Of a DNA stretch of 64,000 bases, positions 12,181-23,123 are shown piece after piece. A program made the translations under genes and the position numbers. Every line of letters begins with the position of its first letter. Position 1 is the stretch's first letter. The notes beneath the pieces are model-generated. The model saw nothing but the letters and a program-made list of their open reading frames with translations, was not told the DNA's origin and did not search any database. The stretch lies in assembly GCA_951406725.2 (NCBI GenBank), contig OX597826.1:18414001-18478000 (forward strand), read 5' to 3'. This DNA is from Octopus vulgaris (taxonomy: Eukaryota).

Positions 12181-12505
12181 TTTGATACCGGACAAGGATT
12201 CTGGATTATTTTTTCTGTTTTTTCCAGTCATGGCTGACAGACAATTCCTGCAACCATGTCACCCTTAACATCTGGCCACCTAACTCCCCAAACAAGAATA
12301 CTAAAAATGAACCCAACTGCTCTTAAAAATTAAGTAAAAAACAGGAAAAATAATCCAGAATCTTTGTCTGGTACCAAATTGATCACAAAATCTAATCAGT
12401 TTGTGCCAGTCATGAGGTCAAACATCCCTGAAAATTTCATCTGAATCCATCGAGCTGTTCTTGAGATATCTTGTCCATAGACAAACAAACAAACGTGAGG
12501 TAATA
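12181..12505 (+). mobile_element. Non-autonomous element with ~42-bp inverted repeats enclosing a maT fragment, followed by a (CAAA)n-ended segment
   Basis: TTTGATACCGGACAAGGATTCTGGATTATTTTTTCTGTTTTT is the inverse of AAAAACAGGAAAAATAATCCAGAATCTTTGTCTGGTACCAAA. The enclosed 12225-12293 matches 19582-19650. The downstream part resembles Helentron/DINE-like non-autonomous repeats (inference). Confidence 0.5.
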
Positions 12506-12509
12506 ATAC

Positions 12510-12715
12510 AAACAGCAAGACTAACAAATATATATATAACATACAGAAAATAGCACTACTAGGCACCGCACACATCCTACATAAAACACTTTCAATACAG
12601 TAACTATAAGAGTATCACAACAAACCACAGCACAAAGTACACAGAGCTGTGCTCGGTAGTGCAGTGAAAGCACATGATAATAGTAAGACTACTTACTGAA
12701 GGATAATAAAAATAA
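12510..12715 (+). mobile_element. 3' end of an R4/Dong-type (RLE) non-LTR retrotransposon
   Basis: IYNIQKIALLGTAHILHKTLSIQ* matches the C-terminal QKxxLLGTAxILR motif of RLE-encoding LINEs; a short 3' UTR ends in TAA-rich sequence. Confidence 0.7.
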
Positions 12716-12929
12716 TTCTTTCTTTTTATTGGCCACAAGGGATAATATAAATCAAAACATTGTCATGCACATATGGTGGTGATGCATGCACCTGGTGTAC
12801 CCTTATCAAGTAGTTATGATGGGTATACTGGGCTTTGTATATTTTACTCCAGTGTCACTTTGATGGCATGCACTGTTCTCTCACTCAATAATAATGATAA
12901 CAATAGTGATGGACTCTTCCATCGAAGAT

Positions 12930-13155
12930 GACATTTAAGTGTTCAGCTTTGTTTATAGTGATCGAATCTACGTGCTGCACATTACCTCCCTCCCTCCATC
13001 AAATCGATTTTGCCTGAACAGGTGCTATGGTGTGCCATGCCTCAGGTGTCGAACTGATTGCAGAGCAACATGAGATGAAGTGTTTGCTCAAGAATACAAT
13101 GCACTACTTGGGCTAGGAATTGAAACCATGAGATCACCATCATGAGTGCAACACC
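12930..13155 (-). mobile_element. tRNA-derived SINE (head related to family C)
   Basis: Minus strand TGGCCTAGCAGTTAGGGTGTTGCACTCATGAT...GGTTTCAATTCCTAGC...TGTATTCTTGAGCAAACACTTCATCTCATGTTGCTC parallels 33012-33120. Confidence 0.6.
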
Positions 13156-13180
13156 CTAACTGCTAGGCCATATGTCTTCA

Positions 13181-13189
13181 ATAATAATG

Positions 13190-13249
<60 letters not shown>

Positions 13250-13510
13250 GTTTTCAAATTTTTGCACAAGGGCATCAAGTTCAGGGGAGGGAGTAAGTTG
13301 ACTATTTTGACCCCAGTGCTCAACTGGTACTAATCTTATTGACTCCAAGCAAAGTCGACCACAGTGGAATTTGAACTCTGAATATAAAGCAAGAAGAAGA
13401 AGAAGGAGGGGGAGGAGGGGGAGAAGAAGAAGAAGGAGGGGGAGGAGGGGGAGAGAAGAAGAAGAAGAAGAAGAAGAAGAAGAAGGAAGAGGAGGAGGGG
13501 GAGAAGAAGA
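13181..13510. repeat. (AAT)n, partial family B SINE (minus strand, 13250-13385) and (GAA/GGA)n tract
   Basis: Direct reading; AAAGTCGACC...GGAATTTGAACTC is the family B head reversed. Confidence 0.8.
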
Positions 13511-14185
13511 ATATTAGTCATGAGAAGGGGACAGGTGGTCAACAGTGAAGGCATCCAATTACCAGATGACCAGATATTAAAATCCTTGAAAGGAGGAGAG
13601 AGTTATACATATCTAGGAGTATAAGAATCATCTGACAGAGTACTAACTATAGAAATGAAAACGAAAATTGATAAGGAGTACATCAGAAGGGTGAGGAAGG
13701 TAATGAAATCAAAGCTAAATGGTCTGAATCTAGTGAAGGCTTTAAATACTTGAGCAATATCAATTCTTAGATACTCAGCAGCTTTTGTAGACTGGACAAA
13801 AACTGAATTAGCAAACCTAGACAGAAGAACTAGGAAGGAATTCAATATGAATGGAGGACTCCACCCAAGGGCAGGAGTAGCAAGATCACACCTACCTAGA
13901 AAGGAAGGTGGAAGAGGGCTAATATCAGTGGAAGACTCCGTGGAGTTAGCTAGAGTAGATATAGTCTCCTATGTAGGTTATAGTGAAGAAAGTTTATTAA
14001 AAGCTGCTAGAGTCACAGCAAGACATAGGGAAACAAAAACACCAAACAAACTTAAAATACATAAAAAAGAACGAAAGTTATCTGACTGGCAGGAGAAGGC
14101 GCTACATGGTAGATTCCCAAAGATAGTTTCAGCAAATGGTAGTAGTGAGACATGGTTATGGCTGCAGAAGGGAAAGCTGAAGAGG

Positions 14186-14188
<3 letters not shown>
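13510..14188 (+). pseudogene. R4/Dong-clade LINE reverse transcriptase/thumb fragment
   Basis: One frame with stops: ILVMRRGQVVNSEGIQLPD..SYTYLGV*..KEYIRRVRKVMKSKLNGLNLVKALNT*AISILRYSAAFVDWTKTELANLDRRTRK..GLHPRAGVARSHLPRKEGGRGL..WQEKALHGRF..TWLWLQKGKLKRE. Confidence 0.85.
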
Positions 14189-14230
<42 letters not shown>

Positions 14231-14259
14231 TAATAATGATGATGATGATAATGATGATG

Positions 14260-14826
14260 ATTTCATTTATTTGTCACAAGGGCAAAGAGTGAGGGGGGGG
14301 TAATACAGAGACAGACATAAAGTGTGGTGGATTTACATATAATAATGAAATGATAAAAAGAAGTAATTATACACAGTATACACAGAAAAAGAAGGGACAT
14401 ATGCATAGCATACAAAGGTATGGAAAAAATTGGTGGTGTGGATGACAGAGATGTGGTCCTCCTGATACAGGAAGGCCTCTAGAGATAATCGAAGAACCCT
14501 ACTGTTGAAGATTTCCCTGAAACCCTAGGAGTAAGTGGCCTCTCCAAATCCTTCTCTCCAACTACACTTAGAGAAGTACCATCCACTCTTGCCATTTTTG
14601 CACCTTTCACCCACCTTTCAATAAACTCACTCAAGGACAGCACTTCCCTCTCCACTCTCAATTTCCTTTTTAAGTGAAACTTGAAGAAGTTAATGAGAGC
14701 TTTGCCAAAGAGGAATGTATCTGTCCTCATGCCTTTCAGCTTTGTCCGCCAAAAAACCTCTTTCACCACAGCCAACAGGCAAAGGAAAACTGCTTTGCCT
14801 GCCTGATTGAAGGAGGGCAGAGGTGC
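14260..14826 (-). mobile_element. 3' end of a Tx1/L1-like LINE (ORF2 C-terminus and 3' UTR)
   Basis: APLPSFNQAGKAVFLCLLAVVKEVFWRTKLKG...LINFFKFHLKRKLRVEREVLSLSEFIERW has the KxxxWxxR and F...W pattern of Tx1 ORF2 ends. Flanked by (AAT)n. Confidence 0.65.
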
Positions 14827-14827
14827 A

Positions 14828-14852
14828 ATAATAATAACAGTAATAATAATAA

Positions 14853-14944
<92 letters not shown>
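14828..14944. repeat. (AAT)n(AGT)n(AAT)n microsatellite
   Basis: Direct reading. Confidence 0.95.
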
Positions 14945-15850
14945 GTCAACTTTGCCTTTCACCCTTTTGGAAGTTGATAAAATAAGTATCAGTTGAGCCC
15001 TGGGGTCAGTATAATCGACTTACCCTAACTGAACTTGTTGGCCTTGTGCAAAAATTTGAAACCATTATTGTTATTAAAATGGCAAGCTGGCACAATTGTT
15101 AACATGTCAGACAAAATGCTTAGCAATATTTCTTGTTTTTTACATTCTGAGTTCAAATACCATTGAGGTCAACTTTGCCTTTTGTTCATTCAAAGCCAAT
15201 AAAATAAAATGCCAGTCAAGTACTGAGTTGATGTCATTGATTAATACCCCTCTCCCTAAAATTGCTGGCCTAGTGCTAAATTTAGAACCATTATTATCAT
15301 TTTCATTGTTGTTGCTTTGCTTTATATAAACTGTTCCAAGTTTCACTGAGAAACCTCAAGTAACAGCAAATTGGACGTTTTACGGTGGGTATTATTTATG
15401 GTTAGCCATGATATGTTGTAGAGAAAGGAGACTAAACACTGAGAATAAGGATTTTGTTGAATTATTTGCATTTCTGAGAGAGTTTAAAAGATTTTAAAAG
15501 AGTCACATCTTCTCAGGCTGACAGTGTTTTACGCAGGACGTGGGCATTGTCCATTAACCTCGTATACTATGGCAATTTGTATACTCATTTGAGGCTAACA
15601 CAGAGTAACCAGAGATGAAGTTATCAATTATTATTATTAATCAGATGGTGAACTGGTAGAATCACTAGCATACTGGGCTAAATGCTTGGTGACATTTCAT
15701 TTTTCTTTACATTCTGGGTTCAAATTCTGCCAAGATCAACTTATGAGGTTGATAAAATATGTACCAGTTGAACACTGAAATTAGTGTAATCAGCATATCC
15801 TCTCCTCCTAAATTGCTGGCCTTGTACCAAAATTTGTCATTACCATAATC

Positions 15851-15917
<67 letters not shown>

Positions 15918-15927
15918 ACATCATTAC

Positions 15928-15964
<37 letters not shown>

Positions 15965-16180
15965 GTTGTTGTTGTTTTTATTGTCATAATTGTTGTTGCT
16001 GTTGTTACAGCATTGGATTGCTAGAATCATTAGAATGTCTGGCAGTTATTAAAGTGATGAGTTGGCAGAATTATTAGAGTGTCTTTCACAGTTGACAAAA
16101 TAAGTACCAGTTGAGCACTGGGGGTAATTGAATAGATCCCATCCTAAAATTTCAGGCCTAGTGCTAATAGTAGAAAGGAT
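14945..16180 (+). mobile_element. Cluster of four or more family B SINE copies (14945-15062, 15077-15290, 15644-15838, ~16035-16180)
   Basis: Repeated GTCAACTTTGCCTTT, GATAAAATAAGTACCAGTTGAGCACTGGGG and GCTGGCCTTGTGC(C)AAAATTTGAAACC blocks separated by trinucleotide repeats. Confidence 0.75.
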
Positions 16181-16923
16181 TCGTATAAGTATTGGTAATA
16201 TTGGTTCTTGAAGTGTACGCAAGTGTTTATTTCATTCTCAAGCTTAATCATATTCAAGCATTACCAAATGAAATCTTTTTTGGAGTTGAATACAATATTC
16301 TGAGGAGTAGACAATTAATTTTGGAATATAACACTCAGAAGTAGACAATTAGAAAAAAAAAATGGTTTCTTTTTACAGACATTTCATTATTTTTTTTTAC
16401 ACACTTTCACTTTCAAAACAGCCAGCAAACACAAATACAGGAGACAAAAAAAAAATACTGCAACAGCACTGAACAATAAACGAATGATCATTTAAATGAA
16501 TGATAAATGTATAAAATATTCCCTACAGTTTCCAAGTAAGTGATAGTATCAACAACATAAACAACAATGGCAACATTTGTACTTCAATTCACTCCTACAG
16601 TAGCTGTGCTAAAGCAAACCATGCCTCAGTTACACAACAAACATAACAAACAGAATTTTCAGACTTGACATAGTTCCAAGAAACAAAACTGAGAAACTTC
16701 TGTGAGACAAAATAATATTTCTTTATCACAGGAATCCAAGAGAAAGCAAGAAGGAAAATATATCTGGAATTTAGTGGAAAATGGAACTGGAAGTGGACTT
16801 ACAACAGACACTTTCCTGTACAAACTGATTGACCATGGGGGAAACAAGGACATGTCCTATACTGCTGGATATTTTAAGTTTACCTGCCTTTATAACCTTA
16901 TTTTTTATATATTTATCATGGGC

Positions 16924-17085
16924 ATGGCTGTGTGGTTAGGGAGCTTGCTTCCAAGCTACATGGTTTCAGGTTCAGTCCCACTGCGTGGCACTTTGGGCAG
17001 GTGTCTTCTGCTATAGCCCCGAGCCGACCGAAGCTTTGTGATTGAATTCGGTAGGCGGAAGTTACTGCTGTGTGTGTATATGTGC
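16924..17085 (+). mobile_element. Family A SINE, 5' half
   Basis: TGGCTGTGTGGTTAGG...GGTTCAGTCCCACTGCGTGGCACTTTGGGCAGGTGTCTTCTGCTATAGCCCCGAGCCGACC. Confidence 0.8.
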
Positions 17086-17316
17086 ATGTAGGTGCTCAGT
17101 GCCTCTCCGAAAGAGTGAGAGGGGACACCTGTCTATAGAAGAGCTGAACCCTTTTATGATTCTCTGTTGGGAAGATATTCTTTCTTTTATGCATTGTCCA
17201 TTCATAAACATTTCTTTCCCACAACTTTACTCTGATACACAACCTCGAAACCAGAACAACTCATGCTTCTGGTTCATGCACTACATAACATTGCCAAAAC
17301 CCTTACTTTATTTAGG

Positions 17317-17354
<38 letters not shown>

Positions 17355-17355
17355 A

Positions 17356-17738
17356 GCAATAATTATAACAATAGAGAAATAAGGAGACAGATACATCCTC
17401 AAAATTCGTTTCCTTTTCTTTTACAATGTCACACAGCATATTTTTATGGTTAAGATGACCTCCACGTATTTCCACTGCACAGTGTATGTGCTGTTGCATA
17501 TGCACCTGGGCATAATTTTCAGGGTCTTGACTCAAAATGAAGCTGGCTGAAAGACCCTACAAGGAGCTGCACGGGAAATTATGCCCAGTTGCATATAAAG
17601 CTGCAAATACTCTATGCAGCGGAAACACGTGGAGATCATCATAACAATAAAAAAAATGTTGTATGACATTGTAAAATAAAAGGAAACAAGTTTTTAGGAT
17701 TTACCAATCTCCTTGTTCTCTATTGTTATAATTATTGC
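17356..17738. mobile_element. Foldback MITE-like element (~170-bp imperfect inverted arms)
   Basis: GCAATAATTATAACAATAGAGA...TCTCTATTGTTATAATTATTGC. The arms pair along their whole length (TTTTACAATGTCA, CTCCACGT.TTTCC.CTGCA, ATATGCA.CTGGGCATAATTT). Confidence 0.85.
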
Positions 17739-17929
17739 AGATAATATTAGCATCCAGCAAAGTGTATATGGCATTACCCATCGGAGGAATTTACAGCATG
17801 AGTGACAACTTCTAGTAGTTGTAGATGTTAAATACTAATTGATGTGGTTGGCCATAACCTAGAACACAACTGGGAGCTACCACGGTATCCACACAGACAA
17901 TATATTCCTCTAAACTCACACATATCTCC

Positions 17930-19083
17930 AAAGGTTTCGGTTGCTTGTCATTGCCTCTGTGAGGTCCAACATTCAAAGGTTGTGCTTCACCACCTCATCC
18001 CGTGTCTTCCTGGGTCTACCTCTTCCACAGGTTCCCTCCACTGCTAGGGCATGACACTTCTTCACACAGCTGTCCTCATCATTACACATCACATGACCAT
18101 ACTAGTGCAGTCGTCTCTCTTTCACACACCACAACTGATGCATCTTATGTCCAGCTTTTCTCTCAGGAAGCTTACACTGTGTTGTGTATGCACACTGACA
18201 CAACACATCCAGCAAAGCTTACTAATTTCATTTCTTTCAAGACTACGTATGTCTTCAGCAGTTACAGATCATGTTTCACTGCCATGTAGCATAGTTGTTT
18301 GTATACAAGCATCATACAGTCTACCTTTCACTCTGAGTGAGAGGCCCTTTGTTACCAGCAGAGTAGGAGCTCTCTGAACTTTGTCCAGGCTACTTTTATT
18401 CTAGCAGCTACACTCTCAGAGCATCCACTCCCACTATTGACTTGGTCTCCTAGGTAACGGAAGTTATCAACTACTTATAGTTTTTTCCTCTGGCATGTGA
18501 TGGAATCTGTTTCTTGTACATCTTTGGTGTTTCTGCCCCCTGTACATCTGCCACACAAAAGCTATCTTCCCAGTTAACCTTCCTTTGATACTACTGCACC
18601 TCTTATGTGTCCATAGCTTACACCGGGTACATCTTATGGAGTTTCTACCTACACCTTTTCTACAGATCGAGCAGGGCCATCAACCTGAAGGGATTTGGGA
18701 TTTGTCTGCCTTTCTTTTTGCTAAAACTTTGGTTTTTGCTAGATTGGCTCTAAGGCCCTTCCATTTTAGGCCTTGCTTCAACATCTGAAACTTCTCTAGT
18801 TCTGGTAGTGACTCAACTATTAGAGCAAGGTCATCAGCATAGAGGAGCTCCCAGGGGCAGCCTGTCTTGAATTCCTCTGTTATTGCCTGGAGGACTGATC
18901 CTTGGTGAACCCCTACTTCTACCAGGAATTCTTTGCTATACTTGTTGCCAACTCTCACCTTACTGACAGCATCCCTGTACATGGCTTGTACATGTCTCAC
19001 CAACTGCTCATCGATCCCTAGTTTCCACATTGACCACCAGATAAGGGATCAGGGGACTCTGTCAAAGGCTTTCTCCATGTCAT
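17930..19083 (-). pseudogene. RTE-clade LINE, RT domain to 3' end, decayed
   Basis: DMEKAFDRVP..KLGIDEQLVRHVQAMY..VGVHQGSVL..LLYADDLALI..NLAKTKVL, and C-terminal VEGTCGRGRPRKT. Confidence 0.9.
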
Positions 19084-19090
19084 ATATATA

Positions 19091-19971
19091 CAGGGTGCAA
19101 TGGGTAAATTGTCACCTTTTGATATGTTTAATTTCGCACATGCACATTGTTTTTGATTTCGTCAACTACACAGTATAGTAGGGTCACTTGGGCACCATCT
19201 GTGAGTAAAAACAACACCATGACGCAATTCACTCTGCCAGAAATTTGGAAACAACATGCTGTATTGCTTGGCATTCATGCCAGAAGCTCCAATATGAACA
19301 TTTCAGAATGTTGGGTGTCATTCTGAGGTCAGTGCAATCTGAGGACATGTACTAAGAGTGATAAAAACGAAACATCCAGTGAACATCATGGTGTTTGGAG
19401 TGATCACTAGTGATGGCGATATTATGCCTCCATTCATCTTCCACATGGCCTCACACTCAACACAGGCCAACATCAAATGCCAGGAGGAGGTAGTGCTGCC
19501 GTGCATCAATAGGGTGACTGCTGGAAGAACCTATGTCTGGCAACAGGACTCTGCACCATAGCACACTAGCAGGAGAGACTAATCATGGCTATCAGACAAT
19601 TCCTGCAACCACGTCACCCCTAACATCTGGCCACCTAACTCCCCAAACTGCAACCCTCTTCATTATTATGTGTGGGATGCAGTTGAACGAAAGACCAACA
19701 AAACTCCTTGTAACACCAAAGATAAACTGAAGGCAAGGACTATGGCAACATTCACCAACTTAAACAAGGAGTCTGTCCAGAAGAGTTGCAGGAGATTCCA
19801 AATTCGTCTGGAGGCTATGGTTGAAGCCAATGGCGATTTTATTGAATAAATTCACTCTTTAGTATTTCAAGATATTTCTATGTAATTTTGGTAATATGTC
19901 TGCTAAAATGAGATGTCAGTGTTATTTTCATTTTTGCATAATTTAGATGACAATTTATTCACCGCACCCTG
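19091..19971 (+). mobile_element. Tc1/mariner superfamily maT (DD37D) element with both TIRs, internally deleted
   Basis: TIRs CAGGGTGCAATGGGTAAATTGTCACC and GATGACAATTTATTCACCGCACCCTG, TA-flanked. Peptide KHPVNIMVFGVITSDG..VWQQDSAP*HT..IWPPNSPNCNPLHYYVW..RLEAMVEANGDFIE*; 37 residues separate the second D from the mutated third D position once a frameshift is corrected. Confidence 0.9.
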
Positions 19972-20003
19972 TATATATGTATGTATGTATATATATATAT
20001 ATA

Positions 20004-20333
20004 TATTTTTATCTAATTTCTCTATCTAATTATTTTAACTAATTTATCCATTTCTCCTCTCGACTATAATCCGCCATCTTGAAGCCTGTTCCTTTAATAC
20101 ACTTCCGCCTTGTCCAAAAATTCCTCTTCCGGACAATTTTTACTTAAAGGCAGCCCCATCATTTGCTCTCTCATTCATTCATCTAGCACCTGAGCGCAGA
20201 TAAGTTTGAATGCTTATTTATTTTCACTTCTCGATCGATCATACATGCTTTCTTATCTATCTAACTATTTTTATCTAATTTCTCTATCTAATTATTTTAA
20301 CTAATTTATCCATTTCTCCTCTCGACTATAATC
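20004..20333 (+). repeat. Perfect 68-bp direct repeat pair (20004-20071 and 20266-20333)
   Basis: TATTTTTATCTAATTTCTCTATCTAATTATTTTAACTAATTTATCCATTTCTCCTCTCGACTATAATC occurs identically twice. Confidence 0.9.
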
Positions 20334-20605
20334 AACCATCGTGTATTCGCGGTGCACCCGCCCTGCCTACCCCCACCACCAATACCGGATATCTCTATAT
20401 TTTTGCTCCATCTATACTGGATGTCGCTTCTCCCACCACCATTATAGGTGTCTACTCTTCGAACCCCTCTTCAATACGCTATTTCACCATGCATTACCCC
20501 TCTCTTGATATCCTACATTATACTTGCCTAGAACCTGTCATCATTTCTCTGAACCACCCCTCCCCACTGGTGCTCCCCTATATTTCTGAACCCCCCCCCC
20601 CACAT

Positions 20606-20848
20606 AAAAAGCACCATCCGAACGTGGCCGATGCCAGACCCCTCTGGCACCTGTGCAGGTGGCACGTAAAAAACACCCCCTCCAGGAGAGGAGTGGTTGG
20701 GGTTAGGAAGGGCATCCAGCTGTAGAAACACTGCCAGACTAGACTGGAGCCTGGGGCAGTCCCTAGCTCCCCAGACCCCGGTCGAAACCGTCCAACCCGT
20801 GCTAGCGCGGAAAACGGACGTTAACCGATGATGATGATGATGATGATA
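20606..20848 (+). mobile_element. 3' part of a SINE/LINE-tail repeat ending in (GAT)n, young copy
   Basis: GGTTAGGAAGGGCATCCAGCTGTAGAAAC...CCGTCCAACCCGTGCTAGCGCGGAAAACGGACGTTAACCGATGATGATG. Decayed homologues at ~56135-56287 and ~4065-4130. Confidence 0.75.
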
Positions 20849-21747
20849 CCGGAGTAAGCACATAGATGTGAAACATGGTGGAAAAAAGAGTATTCAAATA
20901 CCAGGGGTAGAGTAATATGCTTTATGTAAAAGCAGCAGAAAAGTAGGAAAGGTAGGAGAAAATAAGTGACAGCTATAGAGATTGGGTAGGTTTGAGAGAT
21001 ATGTGTAGTAAACGGTGGATAAATGGTGGTGGATGACAATAATATATATGAGTTTTTGAAAGGTAGTGGAGAGTAGAGTATGACTGAGAGAAATAGTGGT
21101 ATAGTAGAGAAGAGATGGAGGTGATTGTAGTGGGAATGTCTTGAGGAGGAAACTGGGCAAGGGGGCCTGTTGTGCATAATATATACTTTAGTGTGCTCCC
21201 AGAAACACAATTACACCAAGATAGGCAGGTCTTCTTGGGAACAGCATATTGCCAGTCATCCCAGTCCTTTGTCATCTCTACCCTATTTCATAAGCTCCAT
21301 CCACTTTAAGTAATTAGTACTTTATTATACAGCTGAGCCCATCCATATGCATCAAATGCATATAACAGTACGTTTTTTTTCTGGCCCACTAATCTAGCTT
21401 CTTTTATGTCCAGTTTTCTCTCAACACATTTGTTCTCTGTCATTTATACATGTTTACATTGCACATACAGGTGAGCCTACTAGCTTCATATCTTTCCTTT
21501 CTTCTCAAGTTATCTGTGTTCAAGAGTCTGATTTCTCTCCCTAAAACTCTAATGCTGCAGCATTAAGAAAGTTTTTTTTTTACATAGGCTGTCATGTAAA
21601 GGTTGTAGAGTGCATGGAAATAAACCAGCAGTTGCTGACATGGTAATGATGCAAGATTGGTTTAATTGAAATGGATGAAACAATTGTAAACTAAGCAATA
21701 AACACAATTTTCTAACTCCATTCTTCAATACTTTCTTGTGTGTGTGT

Positions 21748-22258
21748 GGTCATATATAAACAAACATAAGTTTGTTTTTGAAGCGTTGAAATGCATTGTA
21801 GAACAAGTAGAAAGATACATTTTTCAACGCATGAATACTGATAGAACAGCATATATAGAGTAAAATCCTTTTTTAGAGCAGAATAATTTTTCAGTAACCG
21901 GCCACGAAGAACGAATTCACACCCCTCTGATATCCAGCCAGAGTGCTCTACCTTTAAGCCAAACTGCTGACCAACAAATTCTTCAACAATTTTAGAAGTT
22001 ATAAAGTCATCAAAGAAATGGTGGATGTCATATAAATTACGTCATATGTAAACAAACATAAGTTTGTTTTTGAAGACTTGAAACGCATTGAAGAACAAAT
22101 AGAAAGACATGTTTTTCAACCCATAAATACTGATAGAACAGAATATAGGGGGTAAAATCCTTTTTCTGCGCTAATAAAAGATTTTATCCTAGATATGCTG
22201 TTCTATCAGTATTTACATGTTGAAAAATATATCTTTCTACTTGCTCTATAATATATTT
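21748..22258. repeat. ~130-bp unit present as two direct copies and one inverted partial copy, with a tRNA-like segment between the direct copies
   Basis: GTCATAT.TAAACAAACATAAGTTTGTTTTTGAAG...AATACTGATAGAACAG...GTAAAATCCTTTT at 21749 and 22041; inverted at ~22178-22258. Confidence 0.8.
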
Positions 22259-22436
22259 TAGTATATGTATGTGTGTGAGTGTGTATATATATAAACACAC
22301 ATGTACATATATTTATGCGTATATACTTTTATATATTTTTATATATAAATACATACATATATAAGATGTATAATTCGTAAATACATACACCCCCACGCAA
22401 CCCCCCCACCCCCACCCACACACACACACATACATA

Positions 22437-22742
22437 CAGGGTGTTCAGGACAAATTTGGCAGTTTGTGTAAAAGGAAAAATAAACAATAAGCCATCCTCC
22501 AAAGAAAGTATTTTAAGAAATCAAAAAATATCTACTAGATTATGGCTGGGAGATAACAGTTTACTTAAAGTAGTTGCCCTCAACTTCGACCATGGCCTCA
22601 AGGTGGCTCCAGAACCTGGTGTGTATGTTCCTCACTGTGTCCTTAGAAAGATCTTTGAATATCTCCTTGACCTTGGCCACCAACTTGGCCATGGCATTGT
22701 AGGCAGAGTGGTTGGTATCTTTCTCAACTGTGCCCCCCACAT
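22437..22742 (-). mobile_element. maT-type transposon 3' end (one TIR and transposase C-terminus)
   Basis: TA|CAGGGTGTTCAGG terminus. Minus strand gives GTVEKDTNHSAYNAMAKLVAKVKEIFKDLSKDTVRNIHTRFWSHLEAMVEVEGNYFK*, homologous to the end of the 19091 element. Confidence 0.75.
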
Positions 22743-23123
22743 GAATCCTGCAAAAGCTATTGCTATTTAATACCTTGCCAAAATATCTGAAAGATCAATA
22801 TGGAGTAGGTGTAGATGTGTCCAAGAAACAACTTGACCTGTTATCCAAGGTCCCAGTTGAACCTACATCACAGTAAGAAACTGAAAAGAGGGCAGGAATA
22901 TCGAACCCTTTCCTTCACCAAAAGCTAATCATAAAAGAATGGTTACTGAAAAGGTGCTAAGACTGGCAATGCTTCAGCATGGCCACAGTCCTTGAGCTCA
23001 AATGCATAAAAAATATACGCATGTATGTGTGTATGTGTGTGTACATGTATACTTATATGTGTATGTGTATACATGTATGCATACATACATATAGATGTGT
23101 GTGTGTGTGTGTGCGCGCACGTG

